A stretch of 64,000 nt of DNA from Planctomycetota bacterium (GTDB taxonomy: Bacteria; Planctomycetota; JAJSAM01; JAJVHW01): assembly GCA_965248445.1 (NCBI GenBank), contig CBDFJG010000004.1:1472001-1536000 (forward strand), written 5' to 3'. Made by a program: the position numbers and the translations under genes. Below the pieces are notes generated by a model. The model saw only the letters and a list, made by a program, of their open reading frames with translations. It did not search any database and was not told the origin of the DNA. Below are positions 10,705 through 21,092 of this stretch, piece after piece (position 1 is the first letter of the stretch; each line of letters starts with the position of its first letter).

Positions 10705-11657
10705 TCCGGTAGTGCTCCCAAGAGCAGCGAGAGAAGGGCCTTGCGCACGGTCACCCCGTTCTTCGCTTGTTCGAAGTACGCCGCTTGCGGGGAGGAGTCG
10801 ATGGCCGGATCCACCTCGGTCACCCGCGGCAGAGGGTGCATGACGACCATCTTCGAGTTCCGCTCGAGAGTGGAGAGACCGACCGTATAGGCGTTCTTCA
10901 CGCGCTCGTAGTCGAGCGGGTCCCCGAAGCGTTCCTGCTGGATGCGCGTCACGTAGAGGACGTCCAGCCCCTCGACGGCGCTCGCGAGGTCGGACGTCTC
11001 CGTGAACGTGCACCCCACTGACTCGAGTTCCTCGCGGCGGCGTGCCGGCAGACGAAGCGCCTCCGGCGCGATCAGCACGAGCTCGTTGTCGCCGAGCAGC
11101 CCGCTCGCTTCGATGAGGCTGTGTGCGGCGCGACCGTGTTTCAGGTCGCCCAGGAACCCGATGCGCAGCCCGCTCACGCGATCGAGCCGACGGAGGATCG
11201 TGTAGAGGTCGAGCAGCGTCTGCGTGGGGTGCTGGTTCGCGCCGTCGCCGCCGTTGATCACCGGCTTGACCGTCGCCTCGGAGGCCGCGCGCGCGGCGCC
11301 CTCCTGCGGGTGCCGGATCACGATGAGGTCGCAATAGCCCTCGACCATGCGGATCGTGTCCTGGAGCGACTCTCCCTTGGACGCCGAGCTGATCCGCGCG
11401 TCCGCGAAGCCGATGCACGCGCCGCCCAGCCGGACCATGGCGCTCTCGAAGGACAGCCGCGTCCGCGTGGACGGTTCGAAGAACAGCGCGCCGAGAACGC
11501 GCCCCCGCAGGAGCGGTTCCTCGTACCCCTCGTAGTGACGGATGATCCCGAGAAGTGCGACGAGATCATCCGGACCGAACTGACGCACCGAGATGATGTC
11601 GCGGTGTGCCATGCGCGCGGCCAGCGCGCGCTCGTCGTCGCTCCAGGTCTCCGGCAT
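10701..11657 (-). CDS. pyrB: Aspartate carbamoyltransferase catalytic subunit
   Basis: FFEPSTRTRLSFE, KGESLQDT, HPTQTLLD, GDLKHGR, MHPLPR. ATG 11657 preceded by GGAGG; GTG 11678 is an alternative start. Confidence 0.96.
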   Translation of the reverse strand: MPETWSDDERALAARMAHRDIISVRQFGPDDLVALLGIIRHYEGYEEPLLRGRVLGALFFEPSTRTRLSFESAMVRLGGACIGFADARISSASKGESLQDTIRMVEGYCDLIVIRHPQEGAARAASEATVKPVINGGDGANQHPTQTLLDLYTILRRLDRVSGLRIGFLGDLKHGRAAHSLIEASGLLGDNELVLIAPEALRLPARRREELESVGCTFTETSDLASAVEGLDVLYVTRIQQERFGDPLDYERVKNAYTVGLSTLERNSKMVVMHPLPRVTEVDPAIDSSPQAAYFEQAKNGVTVRKALLSLLLGALPE

Positions 11658-11736
11658 CCGACCTCCGGCCGCGGACACTAACCGGAGACGACGGAGAGGG
11701 AGCGCGGAGAAACGCCCGGTGACGGTCCGGCCGCGC

Positions 11737-13365
11737 TCAGACGGCCGCAGGCTGGGCGGCGGTGACGCTCAGGCGCAGCGGCAGCTCGATCGTGAACCGG
11801 GCGCCCTCGCCCGGCCGCGTGTCGAGGGTCACGGAGCCGCCGTGCTCCTCGATGAGCTTCTTCGTGATCGCCAGGCCGAAGCCCGTGCCACGCGAGCCCT
11901 TGGTCGAGAAGAGCAGGTCGAAGACGCGCTCACGGTCCGCGGGGGGGATACCCGGGCCGTTGTCCTGCACCACGATCCGGACGAGGTCGCCGCTGCGGCT
12001 TGGCTCGGTGGCCACGCTGACAACGCCGACGTTGTCCGGCGCCGCGTCGATTCCGTTCGAGATGAGGTTCATCAGGCAGCGCTCGATCGACTGCGAGTCG
12101 AAGTAGAAGAGCTCGATGGTCGGATCGACCAGTTCGGTGATCTGGACGCTCTTCTCCTTGGCGTGGTCGCGCGAGAACGCGACGGCGGCCAGTACGACCT
12201 GGTTGATATCGCCCTGGGCCCAGCTCGGCTCGCGCGGCTTGCTGTAGTTCACCATGTCCTGCACGAGGCCGGCGATCGAGTCCTGACCGTGCTTGACCAC
12301 ATCCCACGCCTCGCGCAGGTCGGCATCGCTGTTTTCCTGCAACTGCGAGTCGAGGATGTAGATGCCGCCCTTCAGCGCCGTCAGCATGTTGCGGATGTCG
12401 TGGCCGAGGCCGGCGATCACCTGGCCGATGGCCGCCATGCGCGCCTGCTGCAGGTTGCGCTTGAACAGGCGGATGTTCTCGATACCGGTGCCGGCCACGA
12501 CACCGACCGTCGTGAGCACGTGCAGGTCGTCTTTGCCGAAGACACCGATCGAGAGCATCGTGTCGACGTAGAGCGCGCCGAGCGTCTTGCGCTTACCGCG
12601 GATCGGCACGCACATCGCCGAGCGGATGTTGTGCGCGATGATGCTCGCTCCGCTCGACAGGCGTGTGTCGGCGCCTGCGTCGGCGGTCAGGATCGACATG
12701 CCGCCGTCCACGACCTTCGACAGGATAGTGCGTGAGACGTGGATCTCGCTGGCGCTCGCATCCGCGGTCACTCGGGTGACCCGCGCCGTGGGAGCGCCGT
12801 CCTTGTCGACCAGGAGCAGGGCTCCACGGTCGGCCGGGAGCATCGTGAAGACGAGATCCATCAGCCGAGTCAGGAACCGGTCTTCGTCGCGCTCGGTCGA
12901 AAGCAGCGCGCCGACCTCGTGCAGCACGGCCAGGTTGCGCTGCGCTTTGGTCATGTTGCGCGAGGCCGGGTCGCCGGGACCCTGCATCTCGAGATCGCGG
13001 ATGGTGTCGATCTGCGCGCGAATCGTGGTGCGCGGGGAGGAGTCGATCTGGAAGTGACTCGCGTCGGCCGGCGCACGGACCTCGAGAACGCTGTTGCCGA
13101 CGACGATCTCCGCGCCGTGAGTCACGGTTTTCGAACCCACGACCGAGCGGCCGGACACGAACGTTCCGTTCTTCGAACCGAGGTCGGTCACCGTGACCTC
13201 GGTGCCGTCGATCTCGATGCGCGCGTGGCGGGAGCTCACCTTGCTGTCGCGCAGGACCAGGACGTTGTCCGGCGCGCGACCGATCGTGATCGGCTCGGAC
13301 GGCGACAAGGGCACGTGCTGGCCCTTGGACGGTCCGCGGGTCACGACGATCTTGCTGGCAGGCAC
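11737..13365 (-). CDS. FHA-GAF-histidine kinase (cytoplasmic, orphan)
   Basis: FHA motifs IGR, SSRHA, GSKNGT; GAF RSAMCVPI; H-box GHDIRN; N-box NLISNG; DNGPG; FSTK; GTGFGL. Confidence 0.9.
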   Translation of the reverse strand: MPASKIVVTRGPSKGQHVPLSPSEPITIGRAPDNVLVLRDSKVSSRHARIEIDGTEVTVTDLGSKNGTFVSGRSVVGSKTVTHGAEIVVGNSVLEVRAPADASHFQIDSSPRTTIRAQIDTIRDLEMQGPGDPASRNMTKAQRNLAVLHEVGALLSTERDEDRFLTRLMDLVFTMLPADRGALLLVDKDGAPTARVTRVTADASASEIHVSRTILSKVVDGGMSILTADAGADTRLSSGASIIAHNIRSAMCVPIRGKRKTLGALYVDTMLSIGVFGKDDLHVLTTVGVVAGTGIENIRLFKRNLQQARMAAIGQVIAGLGHDIRNMLTALKGGIYILDSQLQENSDADLREAWDVVKHGQDSIAGLVQDMVNYSKPREPSWAQGDINQVVLAAVAFSRDHAKEKSVQITELVDPTIELFYFDSQSIERCLMNLISNGIDAAPDNVGVVSVATEPSRSGDLVRIVVQDNGPGIPPADRERVFDLLFSTKGSRGTGFGLAITKKLIEEHGGSVTLDTRPGEGARFTIELPLRLSVTAAQPAAV

Positions 13366-13556
13366 GTTGATCCCTCTCGCTCGCGCACCCGAGGGCCGAG
13401 TAGCGCTGACGGAGACCTATCGGTCAGGCAGGGCCCGAGGCTGAAGGGAGGCCGGTCCCGGGGATCGGCGGGGGTGACATGGCAACGGCGGGCCGGAGGC
13501 GGCCCGCCAGGAGATTTCGAGGCTGCGCGTCACCTTTAGAGAACGCCTGGAACGAA

Positions 13557-14702
13557 CTAGAACGCCGGTGGATCGAACTCCCAGTCCCTCCGGCGCTCCT
13601 CCTCGGCGTCGCCGAGGGGTTGGTTCTGCGCGGGACGGGCGGCGTCGATCTCGTCGGGTGGTAGGCGGTTCACGATGATCTCGTCATCGATGAACGCGCG
13701 CTCCGGCGGTGCGACGTCGACCGTCTCAGCGACCAGTGGCGAATCTGCCGCGGGCGCGCCTTCCGGCATCCGGATCCACGCCTCGCCAGGCGCCGGCTCG
13801 TCGGCCACCGGTGCGGGGACCTCCCGGATGATCGGCTGCACCACCGGCACCACTACAGGGACACTGGTGTCGTCGAGCGGCAGCCCGAGGACTTCGCGCC
13901 CGAGCTGCAGGTAGTCCTTCGCGCCGTTGCACTTCGGCTCGTAGCTGAAGATGGTCTTGCCGTGACTCGGTGACTCCGCCAGCTTCACGTTCTTGCGGAT
14001 CTCCGTCTCGGTGACGATTTCTCCGAAGTACTCGCGCACTTCCGCAATCACGTCCCGCGCGAGCGTCGTGCGCCGGTCCACCATGCACGGCACGACCATC
14101 GAGAGACGCAGTCCGCGGTTCAGCCGCTGCACGGCCTTGACGGACTCGAGAATCCCCGCCACTCCTTGCAGCGCGAAGAACTCGGTCTGGATCGGCAGCA
14201 GCACTTCGTTGGCCGCACAGAGCGCGTTCATCGTGAGCGTGCCGAGCGAGGGCGGGCAGTCGATCAGCACGAAGTCCGTGCCGCGATCTTTCGCTTCGTC
14301 GCTGTCCACCTTCACGCCGCCGCCGGCCTCGAAGAAGGGCACCGGCCCGTCCAGGTACTCGTCGAGCGCCTCGCGGAGCACCAGCTCGCGCCCCACGGTG
14401 GAGGCCAGCTGGATCTCTGCGTTGGCGAGCGCGAGCGTCGACGGCACCACCCGGAGTCCGGGTGTGTCCGTTTCTTGCACCGACTCCGTCAGGCCGTGGC
14501 GACCCAGCAGGAGCGAGTACGTGGTCTTGGTCAACTCGTGCGGCTCGAGACCGACATGGACCGTCAGGTTGGCCTGCGGGTCCATGTCGACCAGCAGGAC
14601 GCGCTGGCCGAGCAGCGCGAGCGCTGCCCCTAGGTTGACGGTGGACGTCGTCTTTCCGACGCCGCCCTTCTGGTTGAGCACAGCAATGATGCGAGTAGCC
14701 AT
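13557..14702 (-). CDS. ParA/Soj family ATPase with an acidic Pro-rich C-terminal extension
   Basis: NQKGGVGKTT, DMDPQANLT, IDCPPSLG, IRKNVKLAESPSHG. No parB nearby. Confidence 0.92.
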   Translation of the reverse strand: MATRIIAVLNQKGGVGKTTSTVNLGAALALLGQRVLLVDMDPQANLTVHVGLEPHELTKTTYSLLLGRHGLTESVQETDTPGLRVVPSTLALANAEIQLASTVGRELVLREALDEYLDGPVPFFEAGGGVKVDSDEAKDRGTDFVLIDCPPSLGTLTMNALCAANEVLLPIQTEFFALQGVAGILESVKAVQRLNRGLRLSMVVPCMVDRRTTLARDVIAEVREYFGEIVTETEIRKNVKLAESPSHGKTIFSYEPKCNGAKDYLQLGREVLGLPLDDTSVPVVVPVVQPIIREVPAPVADEPAPGEAWIRMPEGAPAADSPLVAETVDVAPPERAFIDDEIIVNRLPPDEIDAARPAQNQPLGDAEEERRRDWEFDPPAF

Positions 14703-14870
14703 GGCCTCGAAAAACTAGCAGCCCCCGGGGACGAGGATCGGGCGGCGGGGTGTCGCCGGCGCCTGACGGGTCGGGCGCGGTGATTCCGCGTGGCGAAGCG
14801 GTGTCCTGTACGGGTCGCGGGCTCGCGACGCTCCGATCTTGGGGGTCCCCGAGCATACATTCCCGCGTGG

Positions 14871-16610
14871 ATGTCAGGCCAACCCGATCCCGATGCGGAC
14901 GACCCCTCGGATCCGGGCTGGGGAGGCTCCCCTGGGGACGGCCGTGCCGGCCGGCCGGCCCGGCCCGGCGGGAGTGGTGGGGCTGGGTGGAATGGTGGGG
15001 CCGGCGGGAAGGGCGGTCTGCGGGCGCGTCTGAAGCGGGTCCGCGCCTCCGGGGACCGGCGGGCCACATCGGGCCTCCTCGAACTCCTGCGCGACGCGGA
15101 CCTCGACATCCGGTCGCTCGATGCGCTCTGCTCCACGCTGACGTCGCTCGAGGACCTCCGCGCGGTTCCGGCGCTCGAGAGCCTCCTGTCCGACCGGACA
15201 CAGAGCCCGATCCGGCGCGAAGTGGCCCTCGAGATCCTGGCCGGACTCCCGCGGACCGATCCGCCGCCGGCGCAGGTGCGCGCCTGGGTCGTGGACCCCG
15301 ACCCGATCCTGCGGGCCCATGGCGCCACGTTCCTCGACGCTCCGGACGCCGACCTGCTGGCGCCTCTGTTCCACGATCCACATGCTGTGGTTCGCCGCGC
15401 GGCCGCCCGGTCGCTGATGGGCCTGGTGCGCACACCGCTTCTCGTCGGGGCGACGAAGCGCGCCCTCGCCGACGATGATCCGGTCGTGCGCGAGTGGGCC
15501 TGCCAGGCGGCCTACATGGACGAGCCGATGCCGCTGCTGTTCGACGTGGCGCGCCTGCTCCGCGACCCCGAGCCGGCGGTGCGCCAGGCGGCCACCGACG
15601 CGATCGAGGAGTTCCCGTGCGTCTCCGCCATCCTCGCGCTGGCCGACGTGCGCTACGCGCGGGAGGGTGTTGAGGTAGCGAAGGAGACCGCGGAGGCCGA
15701 CCAGGCGCTCTCGGCGCTGCTCGGCACGGTGACCCGCGCGGTCGCCACATGTGGCTCGCGCGTCGCGGACCGGCTTGCGCGCTGGATGGCTCCGGCGGCA
15801 TGGCTGCTCGAGCGCTATGCGGGGCGGCTGGACGGCGAGGCCATGGCCGTCACGACGGAGACTGCGCGTGATGGCGAGTGCGCACGCACGTTCGCGCGAC
15901 CGGAGCGTCCGGACGTGGACCTCGAGCAGGCGCGCGAAGTTCTGCTCGATCCGGACGCCCCCGCGCGTGCGCAGCGCGACTTGCTCACCGCGTTCGACTG
16001 GGCTGAGTCGGGGCCGGAGGGCTGTCACGTCCTGTGCCGCAGCGAGCCGGTGCTCGACGGCTTCCGCACGCGACGCGGGCTGACGAGCGCGTTCGGCGAC
16101 CTGGCGTGCCGCGGTGACGAGATCGCGCGGGCGCGACTGGTGGACTTGGCGGCGGACGACGACTCCGCGGTGCGTCACGCCGCGATCTCCTCGTTCGTGC
16201 GCGTGAGAGACAGGGCGGTGCTCCCCGCAGCGCTCGACACGCTTGCCGACGAACGTCACCGGCCGCTCGCCGGCGACGTTGCGCTCAGCGCCGTGGTCGC
16301 GCTGGGGGATCAGGACACGGCGGCAAGCGCCGTGCGCGCGGAGCTGGATCGCGACGATGTCGATGGCCTGCGGCTGGGCGCGATCCACCAGGCTGAGTGT
16401 CTCGGCCTCTCGTCCGCGATCCCGTCGCTCGAGCGCATCGTCGAAGCACCGGTCGTCGCGGGCGTCGCGTGCCATGTGGCGTCCCTGCGCACCCTCCGCG
16501 GACTCGGCCACAGCACCGTCCCCGACGTCACGCACCTCGCCGACCTGGACCACCTGGACGTGCAACGCGAGATGGGCGCCTGGGGCATCCGCGGCGCCCG
16601 CTACGGGTAG
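14871..16610 (+). CDS. HEAT/PBS-lyase repeat protein
   Basis: Repeated units DPHAVVRRAAA, DDDPVVREWA, DPEPAVRQAA, DDDSAVRHAA. Confidence 0.8.
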   Translation: MSGQPDPDADDPSDPGWGGSPGDGRAGRPARPGGSGGAGWNGGAGGKGGLRARLKRVRASGDRRATSGLLELLRDADLDIRSLDALCSTLTSLEDLRAVPALESLLSDRTQSPIRREVALEILAGLPRTDPPPAQVRAWVVDPDPILRAHGATFLDAPDADLLAPLFHDPHAVVRRAAARSLMGLVRTPLLVGATKRALADDDPVVREWACQAAYMDEPMPLLFDVARLLRDPEPAVRQAATDAIEEFPCVSAILALADVRYAREGVEVAKETAEADQALSALLGTVTRAVATCGSRVADRLARWMAPAAWLLERYAGRLDGEAMAVTTETARDGECARTFARPERPDVDLEQAREVLLDPDAPARAQRDLLTAFDWAESGPEGCHVLCRSEPVLDGFRTRRGLTSAFGDLACRGDEIARARLVDLAADDDSAVRHAAISSFVRVRDRAVLPAALDTLADERHRPLAGDVALSAVVALGDQDTAASAVRAELDRDDVDGLRLGAIHQAECLGLSSAIPSLERIVEAPVVAGVACHVASLRTLRGLGHSTVPDVTHLADLDHLDVQREMGAWGIRGARYG

Positions 16611-16624
16611 GGACGCAATCCCCT

Positions 16625-16650
16625 GTAGGGGCGGGCCGCCGCGCCCGCCC
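16625..16650 (+). repeat. GTAG-type REP-like palindrome between convergent genes
   Basis: GTAG followed by the 8-bp stem GGGCGGGC/GCCCGCCC. Confidence 0.55.
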
Positions 16651-16666
16651 GATCGCGATGTTCTGA

Positions 16667-17890
16667 CTACTCCGTCTCCGATTTCCCCTTCATCACCTCG
16701 CGCAACACCGCCGTTGCAAACGACCCGCGGGGCAACGTGAACGCGAGATCGAGCACGTGTTCGCCATCGCCGCTCTCACTCCCGACCGCGACATCCGTGA
16801 TCGGCACCCGCACCGCACGCCGCTCCCCGCGCATCTCACCTGCGAGCGGCACCTTGAAATCCGCGAGCGCGAGCCCCTCTTCCGCAAGCAACGCGCGTTC
16901 CCGTTCGCCCGGTCCGCCGCTCGCCAGTGACGATCGCGTCCCGAACAACGGCGCGCTTGGCGATATCTCCAACGCATCCGCCCGCGCCTGCTCCGGCGCG
17001 ACGTTCTCGACGGTGAACGCCGCTCCGCGGTCGTGCAGGTACGCCAGGTCGCCCTCTTCCAGCCGGCCGAGATCCTCCGCCCGGGCCGCGGCGAGTCGAT
17101 TGAACAACGCACTCTGGTACGCCGACACCAGCAGCCGCAGCACGCGACGCGGAACGGCCCGGAGGGCGACGTGAGGCGGCTGCCCATTCGCCAGGCGGGC
17201 GAGCAACTCGCGCTCCTCCCGCCGCCGGGACGGCAGCAACGACTCCGCCGCTGCGAAGTCCTCGGCGTCGAACGCGGCAAGGACGCTGTCGGTCTCCGCC
17301 GCCGCGTTCCGCAGCATCTCGCGGATCGCGCGCACGTGCTTCTTCTGCACCAGCGCCTTGCCGACGGCGTCGTTGCCGCCATGTGCCCCGAAGCGCTGCT
17401 CCCCGAACCAGTTCGGCGCGCCGCGCGCCACCAGCACGTCGAGCACCGCCCGCGCCCGCTTATCGGCATCGTCGGTGACCCCGCGTACGACGATCCGGAA
17501 GCGGTTCCCCCGCAGATGCCCGAGCCGCAGCTTGTTCCCGTACCGTGCGCACGAGAGCAACCGCAGGTCCGGCACCTCGGCCAGCGCCTCCCGCGCCGCC
17601 GCCTCGTCCACCCGTTCGACCGACAGTGTCTGCCGGGTGACCGCCCGTGCGTCCTTCAGCCCCGCGTAGCCGATGTCGCGCGGCATCTTCTGCAGCGCGC
17701 GCGCAACGCGCTTCACAGCGGCGTGCGTCGGGATGCCGCACTTCTCGATCAGGAGGTAGAGGTGATCCCCGACACCGCTCGGCTCATACGCGGGCACCTC
17801 CTCGACCACGAAGTCCTCGACGCGCGTGCGTACCCGCCCGCCGGTTCCCGGCAGGTCAGCGGTGACGTACGGCAGTGATGACGTCTTCAT
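16667..17890 (-). CDS. truD: tRNA pseudouridine(13) synthase
   Basis: EDFVVEE, GYAGLKDARAVTRQ, GHLRGNRF, PNWFGEQRFG, SAYQSALFN, FTLPRGSFAT. Confidence 0.95.
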   Translation of the reverse strand: MKTSSLPYVTADLPGTGGRVRTRVEDFVVEEVPAYEPSGVGDHLYLLIEKCGIPTHAAVKRVARALQKMPRDIGYAGLKDARAVTRQTLSVERVDEAAAREALAEVPDLRLLSCARYGNKLRLGHLRGNRFRIVVRGVTDDADKRARAVLDVLVARGAPNWFGEQRFGAHGGNDAVGKALVQKKHVRAIREMLRNAAAETDSVLAAFDAEDFAAAESLLPSRRREERELLARLANGQPPHVALRAVPRRVLRLLVSAYQSALFNRLAAARAEDLGRLEEGDLAYLHDRGAAFTVENVAPEQARADALEISPSAPLFGTRSSLASGGPGERERALLAEEGLALADFKVPLAGEMRGERRAVRVPITDVAVGSESGDGEHVLDLAFTLPRGSFATAVLREVMKGKSETE

Positions 17891-17903
17891 TCGGATTCAC
17901 AAC

Positions 17904-20900
17904 TCATTCGGAGCCGGCGCCCGGTGCGGTCCAGACGCGCACCGTGCTGCCGGCGTCCTCGTCGGAGCCGCCGCCGGAGAGGATGTAATCGCCGTCCGGG
18001 CTGACCTCCACGCAGTGCACCGCGTGCACGTGGCCGTGCAGCACGAGTACCGACTCGCCCGTCGGTGCGTCCCAGAGTCGCACGGTCGCGTCGTGCGATG
18101 ACGTCACGATGCGTCGCCCGCCGGGAAGGAACGCCGCATCGGTCACGGGACCGGAGTGTCCCATCAGTACGAAGAGCGTTGCGACATCGTCCGCGTTCAG
18201 AACCCGCGCGCTGCCATCCTCCCCGACGCAGACGATGCGGTCGCCGGCGTCGTTGAAAGCGAGCTCGACGATCGCCCTGTCGTGCACCCGGCGCTCGACA
18301 CGCTCGGCAGGATCGTCCGGGCGGAACAGCACCACGACGCCGTCCGGTCCGCCGACCGCCATGCGGCGCGTGCGCTCGTGCCATGCGATCGAACGGCAGC
18401 GGAACGGCAGCGTCACGGTGACCGACGCGCGGTCGTTCGCGTCAGCGAGGATGTCGGTCGTCAGATCCGCGCCCACCCTCGAGCTGCGCGCGTACCAGCT
18501 TACGCGGCCGTCCGGCGTCGCGGTCCAGTTGTGGATGCCCAACCGCAAGGGTGCTGCCGCCAGCGGCGTGACGCGCGCCGAGAATGGGCTCTCCCAGCGC
18601 CATGCGTAGAGGGTCCCGCGCTCGTTGTTCACCACGAGGCGCCGGTCCCCGACGAAGCGCACGGTCCGCGGCGACCACTCCACCTCCCCCAACCGTGTGA
18701 TCAACTCAGTCGTGCGCGTGTCGAAGAGCCAGATCGCGCCGCGCACCGTTGCCGCCGCTGCCACGTCACCACTGGGGTGCACAGCCACGTCCACGATGGC
18801 ATCGCGGATCGAGGCGACCGTCGGGACCTCCACACTGCGGAGGTTCCAGCGTCGCGCCGTCCCGTCGCGCGCAAAAGAGAATACGGCGTCCGTCTCGGTC
18901 GCGAACGCGAGGTGCCGGATGCGGCCCTCGTGGCCACGCAACAGTCCTCTCTCGTCGCCTGTCTCGCTCCCCCACACGCGCAACGTGCCATCCCACGACG
19001 CGCTGACGTACACCTCCCCGGTCGGATCGAACACCACCTCCGCGACGTTGCTCGTGTGGGATGAACCGACCGCAATCAGCTTTCCGTTCGTGAGATCCCA
19101 CAGCCGCACAGTGTGGTCTCGGGAGGCGGAGGCCAAGCGCCGTCCGTCTGGGCTGACGTCGAGTCCATCGACGCTCGCAAGGTGCCCGGACAGCGTGAGG
19201 ATGTGCGTTCGCTCGTGAACATCCCACAGCGTGACGTCACCGTTGCGGCAACCCGTCGCGAGCCTCCCTCCGCCGTCATAGAACGCGAGAGAGATGACAC
19301 GATCCGGGTGTCCGCCGAGCGTGCCGAAGTGCGCGTTGCCGGCGGTCTTCCACAGAGCCACGGCCCCGTCGGCACACCCAGCCGCCAGCTGCGTGCCGTC
19401 CGGCGAGAACTCCAGTGACGTGATCGCCCCCCCGAGCGTCGCGATCTCCGCCAGATCTCCCAGTCGCGCGACCGAACCGAGCCAGACAGTGCCCTCCAGG
19501 CTGCCGAGTGCCAGTTTGCCGGTCACCTCGCACAGCGCGACGGCCCTCACGCGGCCGTCCGGCACCGATCGCGCGGTGACGTGCCCTGTGCCGTCGAGCA
19601 CCGAGACCTCGTAGCTGTTTCGCACACCGTCCACCTTCCGCCCTCCGGTCACGACGATGAGTTCTCCATCGGAGCGGACCGAAGCGCCGATCGCTTCCGC
19701 GTACGGCAGTGGGATCACTGCATCGGAGAGTTCCAGCCGTGCGGACAGGTGGTGCCACTCCCAGTCGCGTAGCTGCTGCGGCACGCGTGCGAGGCGCCGC
19801 CGCGCGTCGCCGACATCGTGCACGCGAAGTGCGGTGGCCGCCGCCGACATGCCGGCGACGTACGACTGGAACTCCGCTCGACGCCGAGCGCGCTGACTGT
19901 CGTAGGCGAACTCGAGACTGAGCGCGGTCGCGACGACGATGGTCACGGCCACGACCGCGATCGCGAGCGTCGCCGCACGCCTGCGACGCGCGAACTTCCG
20001 CATGTGGTAGAGCGTCCCGCCAGCGTGTGCCTGGACCGGTCGATCTGTCAGCCACCGTTGCAAGTCCTCCGAGAGGGCGGCGACCGAGGGATAGCGCTCC
20101 TCCCGGTCCGGCGCGAGTGCGCGTGACACGATCGACGCGAGGTCCGCAGGCACGTCGGGCGCCCGCTCCCGCAGCGGCACGGCCGGCCGAGTCGAGATGC
20201 GTCGTGCGGCTTCCGTGATCGACAGCGCTGTCACGTCGTGAGGCAACGCGCCCGAGAGGATCTCGTAGCAGAGCACGCCCAGTCCGTACACGTCGCTGCG
20301 CACGTCGGTGCCCGCTTCGCCAGGGGCCAGCTGCTCGGGGCTCATGTACGGAAGCGTGCCGACGACCTCATCGTCGCGCCCGGCGGTCTGCGCCGCCGAC
20401 GCAATCCCGAAGTCGACGGCCTTCGACCTGGCGCTCGAATCGACCAGCACGTTGGCCGGTTTGACGTCGCGGTGGATCACGCCGCGTTGATGCGCGTGGT
20501 GCAGCGCATCGCAAGCTGACAGAAGGAGCTCGATGCGTTCGCGCACGGAGAGGTCGCGCTCCGCGGCGAACGCGACGATGTCAGAGGCGTCCGGGACCAG
20601 CTCCATCGCGATCCACGGCGTCTCCCGGTCCTCGCCATCGAGCACGCCGGCGGCATAGACATGTGCGATCCCCGGATGCTGCAGCGACGCGAGCGTCGCT
20701 GCCTCCTCCCGGAAACGATGCAGGGCACCCGCGGATCCGATGGCCGGTCGCAGCACCTTCAGCGCGACGCGGCGGCGCGGGTGCTGCTGCTCGGCTTCGT
20801 AGACGGCGCCGCCGCCACCCTCACCCAGGCGTCGCGTGATCGTGAAATCGCCGACGGTGTCGCCGGGGGCGAGCTGCGCATCCGGAAGCTGCTCACGGAC

Positions 20901-21092
20901 AACGCGATCGAACGCCGGCGTCTCGAGAAAACCACCGATGCGGCCCCCGGCGGCCAGGAGCTCCGAGACCTCCGCGCGCAGCGCCGCGTCGTTGACGCTG
21001 CCTTCGTTCAGGACGGACTCGCGCGCCGACTCCGGCGCGTCGAGGACTCGCTCGAACAGCTCCTTCACACGCCGGTCGTGACGGAGGCTCAC
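17904..21092 (-). CDS. Ser/Thr protein kinase with a TM segment and C-terminal WD40 repeats
   Basis: GEGGGGAVY, VALK, HRDVKPAN, DFGIA, GTLPYMSPEQ; many GH...WD repeats. GTG overlaps the sigma-factor TGA. Confidence 0.92.
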   Translation of the reverse strand: MSLRHDRRVKELFERVLDAPESARESVLNEGSVNDAALRAEVSELLAAGGRIGGFLETPAFDRVVREQLPDAQLAPGDTVGDFTITRRLGEGGGGAVYEAEQQHPRRRVALKVLRPAIGSAGALHRFREEAATLASLQHPGIAHVYAAGVLDGEDRETPWIAMELVPDASDIVAFAAERDLSVRERIELLLSACDALHHAHQRGVIHRDVKPANVLVDSSARSKAVDFGIASAAQTAGRDDEVVGTLPYMSPEQLAPGEAGTDVRSDVYGLGVLCYEILSGALPHDVTALSITEAARRISTRPAVPLRERAPDVPADLASIVSRALAPDREERYPSVAALSEDLQRWLTDRPVQAHAGGTLYHMRKFARRRRAATLAIAVVAVTIVVATALSLEFAYDSQRARRRAEFQSYVAGMSAAATALRVHDVGDARRRLARVPQQLRDWEWHHLSARLELSDAVIPLPYAEAIGASVRSDGELIVVTGGRKVDGVRNSYEVSVLDGTGHVTARSVPDGRVRAVALCEVTGKLALGSLEGTVWLGSVARLGDLAEIATLGGAITSLEFSPDGTQLAAGCADGAVALWKTAGNAHFGTLGGHPDRVISLAFYDGGGRLATGCRNGDVTLWDVHERTHILTLSGHLASVDGLDVSPDGRRLASASRDHTVRLWDLTNGKLIAVGSSHTSNVAEVVFDPTGEVYVSASWDGTLRVWGSETGDERGLLRGHEGRIRHLAFATETDAVFSFARDGTARRWNLRSVEVPTVASIRDAIVDVAVHPSGDVAAAATVRGAIWLFDTRTTELITRLGEVEWSPRTVRFVGDRRLVVNNERGTLYAWRWESPFSARVTPLAAAPLRLGIHNWTATPDGRVSWYARSSRVGADLTTDILADANDRASVTVTLPFRCRSIAWHERTRRMAVGGPDGVVVLFRPDDPAERVERRVHDRAIVELAFNDAGDRIVCVGEDGSARVLNADDVATLFVLMGHSGPVTDAAFLPGGRRIVTSSHDATVRLWDAPTGESVLVLHGHVHAVHCVEVSPDGDYILSGGGSDEDAGSTVRVWTAPGAGSE

